64,000 nt of DNA, from positions 52,050,522-52,114,521 of the forward strand of contig NC_057718.1 of the NCBI RefSeq assembly GCF_004010195.1, in the 5' to 3' direction. Positions within the stretch are counted from its first letter, which is position 1. Every line of letters starts with the position of its first letter. Both the position numbers and the translations under genes were made by a program. Origin of the DNA: Chiloscyllium plagiosum. Its lineage: Eukaryota. A model generated the notes under the pieces. It was not told where the DNA came from, ran no database searches, and saw only the letters and a list, made by a program, of their open reading frames with translations. Positions 61,586 to 64,000 of the stretch are shown here, piece after piece.

Positions 61586-62735
61586 GGAATCATAGACACA
61601 AAGTTGTTGTATCACAGAGCAGGGCCATTTGATCCATTATGTTTTTACCAGCTCTCTGAGCATTTTAAGTTGGTGCCAATCTCCTGGCATTTCCCTGAAT
61701 CCCTGCTCATTGTTCATATTTAAATAATCATCCTGATGTTCTCCTGAATGTCTCAACAGAATCTGCCTACATCACTCTTCCAGAGAGTGCATTGCATACT
61801 TTAACTACTGAGTGTGTGAAAAAGGTATTTCTCACCATGCTTTGGCTTAATTTAGATAGTACTTTAAAACAGTACCCTCTGGTACTCAATCCTTTAACCA
61901 ATGGGAACAGTTTTTGCCTATTTAGTTTGCTCAGACCTTTCATGATTTTGTGTAAACTTCGATCAAATCTCTTCTTTGCCTTCTCCTTGTCAGAGAGGAC
62001 AGTCCCATCTTCTCTAATCTTTCCTCATAACTGTCACATCTCATCCTTGGAACCATCCTCGTGAATGTCTTTGAACTCTCCAAAAAGCATTAACTTCCTT
62101 TCTATGGTGTAGCCACCAAAACTGTGTGCAATATAACAGCTGAGGTCTAATTAAGCTCCTGTATCTTAGTTAAGTTCAAAATTTCCTTGTTCTTGCATTC
62201 TAAGTCCCTATTTATAAAGCCTAGCATACTGTATGCCTTTTTTTAAAAAAATCTCTCTTTATCTGATCTGATTTTAATGACTTATGTACATGTACAGTCA
62301 GATCTCTCTGTTCTGGCATATCCTTTTAAATAATATGCTTTTGTTTACACAGTCTCTCCATGTTTCTTATACAAAAGTGTATCACCTCCCATTTCTCTGC
62401 ACCTTAGATAACTCAATACTCTCTTCTCAAATGAAGAGAGTCCCAAGTCTACCATCACATCCACACAATTGAAGTCTGTAATTTATGAAACAATTATCAT
62501 AAATCTTTTCTGTGCCCTTATCAATGTCTTCACAACATTCTTAAATTGAGATTCCCAGAATTCAGTTCAGGTTGAATCAGTATTTTATAAACGTTCACCA
62601 TAACGTCCTTGCTTTTGTAATCCCTGCCCTCTTTCTAAGCCTAGGGTCCCTCTTGCCTTATTAACCACCTTCTCAGCATTCTTTGACACCTTCTATGATT
62701 TGTGCACAAAAACTGCAGATTTGTCTGCTTGAAAA
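61586..62735 (-). mobile_element. Two adjacent CR1 3' fragments
   Basis: Tail atcacagagcagggccatttgatccatt at ~61610; the C-terminal ORF2 pattern appears at ~61960-62400 and again at ~62415-62730. Confidence 0.7.
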
Positions 62736-63494
62736 GCTTTCCTTTTTTTATACAACAAAACATCACAGAAGCTGATTTTAGTTAAGTACAATGTATTTTC
62801 TCAAAAACAGGTCTGAAAAAATGTCACAACCTCAAGGCATCATTCTGGTTCAACATATTTTTCTTTAATTCTTGTAGTTTTTTTTACACCATCTGCTGCC
62901 TCTTCAACTTGCTCTGAAAAAAAATCATGCTGAAGAATTGCAAATCTTCTGTAGGTTGTGCTACTCTCCCATAAATGTGCAATCAAAATCGCTACCAAGA
63001 TTTTTGAGATTAGTTTTCTCGTCTGTGAGAAAATCCATTCGAACAGTTATATCACCGAGTCATGCCACAAAACACTCGTCTCCTTTTCGCTTTTTAACCA
63101 AATCCATCTATTTGACAAAGCTACTTGACCCTCATCTGATATCTCAGAATAATCTCCACATTTTCTCTAAATATCCAGTGTCCCTTTGTTTTGCTTTTGT
63201 TGAGTTTATCCTTAACTTTATTGACAGCCACTAAAATTTTACTTTCAGATGAACTTCAGAGGGATAGTATCTAAAAGAGGTGCCAATTTGGACAAAGAAA
63301 AAAAAACTACATGACAGATAAAAATCAGTATTGTATAGATAGACAAGTAACCTCACAACCAATGAGTTAGAACTAAGCTCTGCAGCCCTGATATGTCCAG
63401 TAATGAATGGTGGTGGACAATTAAACATCTCGATGGTGGAAGAGACTGCACTAATATCCCATTTCTCAATTACAAAGTGCCCAGCACATAGGGC

Positions 63495-63860
63495 CCGAGA
63501 GTCACACAGCACGGAAACAGACCCTTAGACCCAATTCGTCAATGCCAACCAGGTTTCCCAAACTGAACTAGTCCCATTTGCCTGCATTTGACCCACATCT
63601 CTCTAAACCTCTCCTATTCATGTACTTGTCCAAATGTTTATTAAATGTTGCACCTGTACCCGTCTCTACATACATGGCAGGTCAATCCACGTACGAACTA
63701 CCCTCTGTGTAAAAGGTTGTCCCTCGGGTTCCTTTTAAATCTTTCTACTCTCACCCTAAAATTATGCCCTCTCATTTAGAACACCCCTACACTAGGGAAA
63801 AGACCTTTGCTATTCACCTGTCTATATTCCTCATCATTTTTATAAACCTTTATAAGTTCT
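63495..63860 (-). mobile_element. CR1 (HER1-like) 3' end
   Basis: acagcacggaaacagacccttagacccaa tail (same tail type as the SINEs); rev IKVYK...RQVNSKGLFP. Confidence 0.8.
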
Positions 63861-64000
63861 TTAAAAACAGTGTGAAGAAATGAAGATGAAGCATTTGCAC
63901 TCATCTTCAACCAGAAATGCCAAGTGGATGATCTAATTTGATCCATTTCTTCTTTATGTCCCCAAATCATGAATGACAATCTGATGCATTTACTTGATGT

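Noticed and set aside
1..64000. CRISPR array, prokaryotic operon or host protein-coding gene
   Set aside because: No regularly spaced repeat-spacer array and no non-transposon ORF with recognisable homology; short host exons cannot be excluded without transcript data.

Overview
Eukaryotic, AT-rich, repeat-dense DNA with no recognisable host protein-coding exon, so probably a gene desert or large intron. The repeats point to a cartilaginous fish (shark): HE1-like/V-SINEs with (TCTAA)n tails, CR1, L1/Tx1, L2-like and Rex1/Babar LINEs, and abundant Penelope-like elements (PLEs). That assignment is inference from remembered family motifs, not a database search. Every ORF I can assign is a decayed transposon fragment: L1 ORF2, a near full-length CR1, a Neptune-type PLE RT/GIY-YIG, Gypsy gag/pol pieces and a Harbinger transposase remnant. 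There are two solo LTRs of one family and a 500-N scaffold gap. The most striking signal is about 20 PLE terminal-repeat pieces from about five families, labelled A-E here. Most carry a minimal hammerhead-ribozyme-like core (CUGANGA-stem-GAAA-NUH). Several are short fold-back palindromic insertions with 7-16 bp target-site duplications (TSDs), and two independent copies share the same fold-back junction, suggesting a mobile non-autonomous palindromic ribozyme element. Other oddities are a ~210-bp inverted duplication, an 81-bp CR1 fragment captured between 49-bp direct repeats, and candidate enhancer-like unique sequence.
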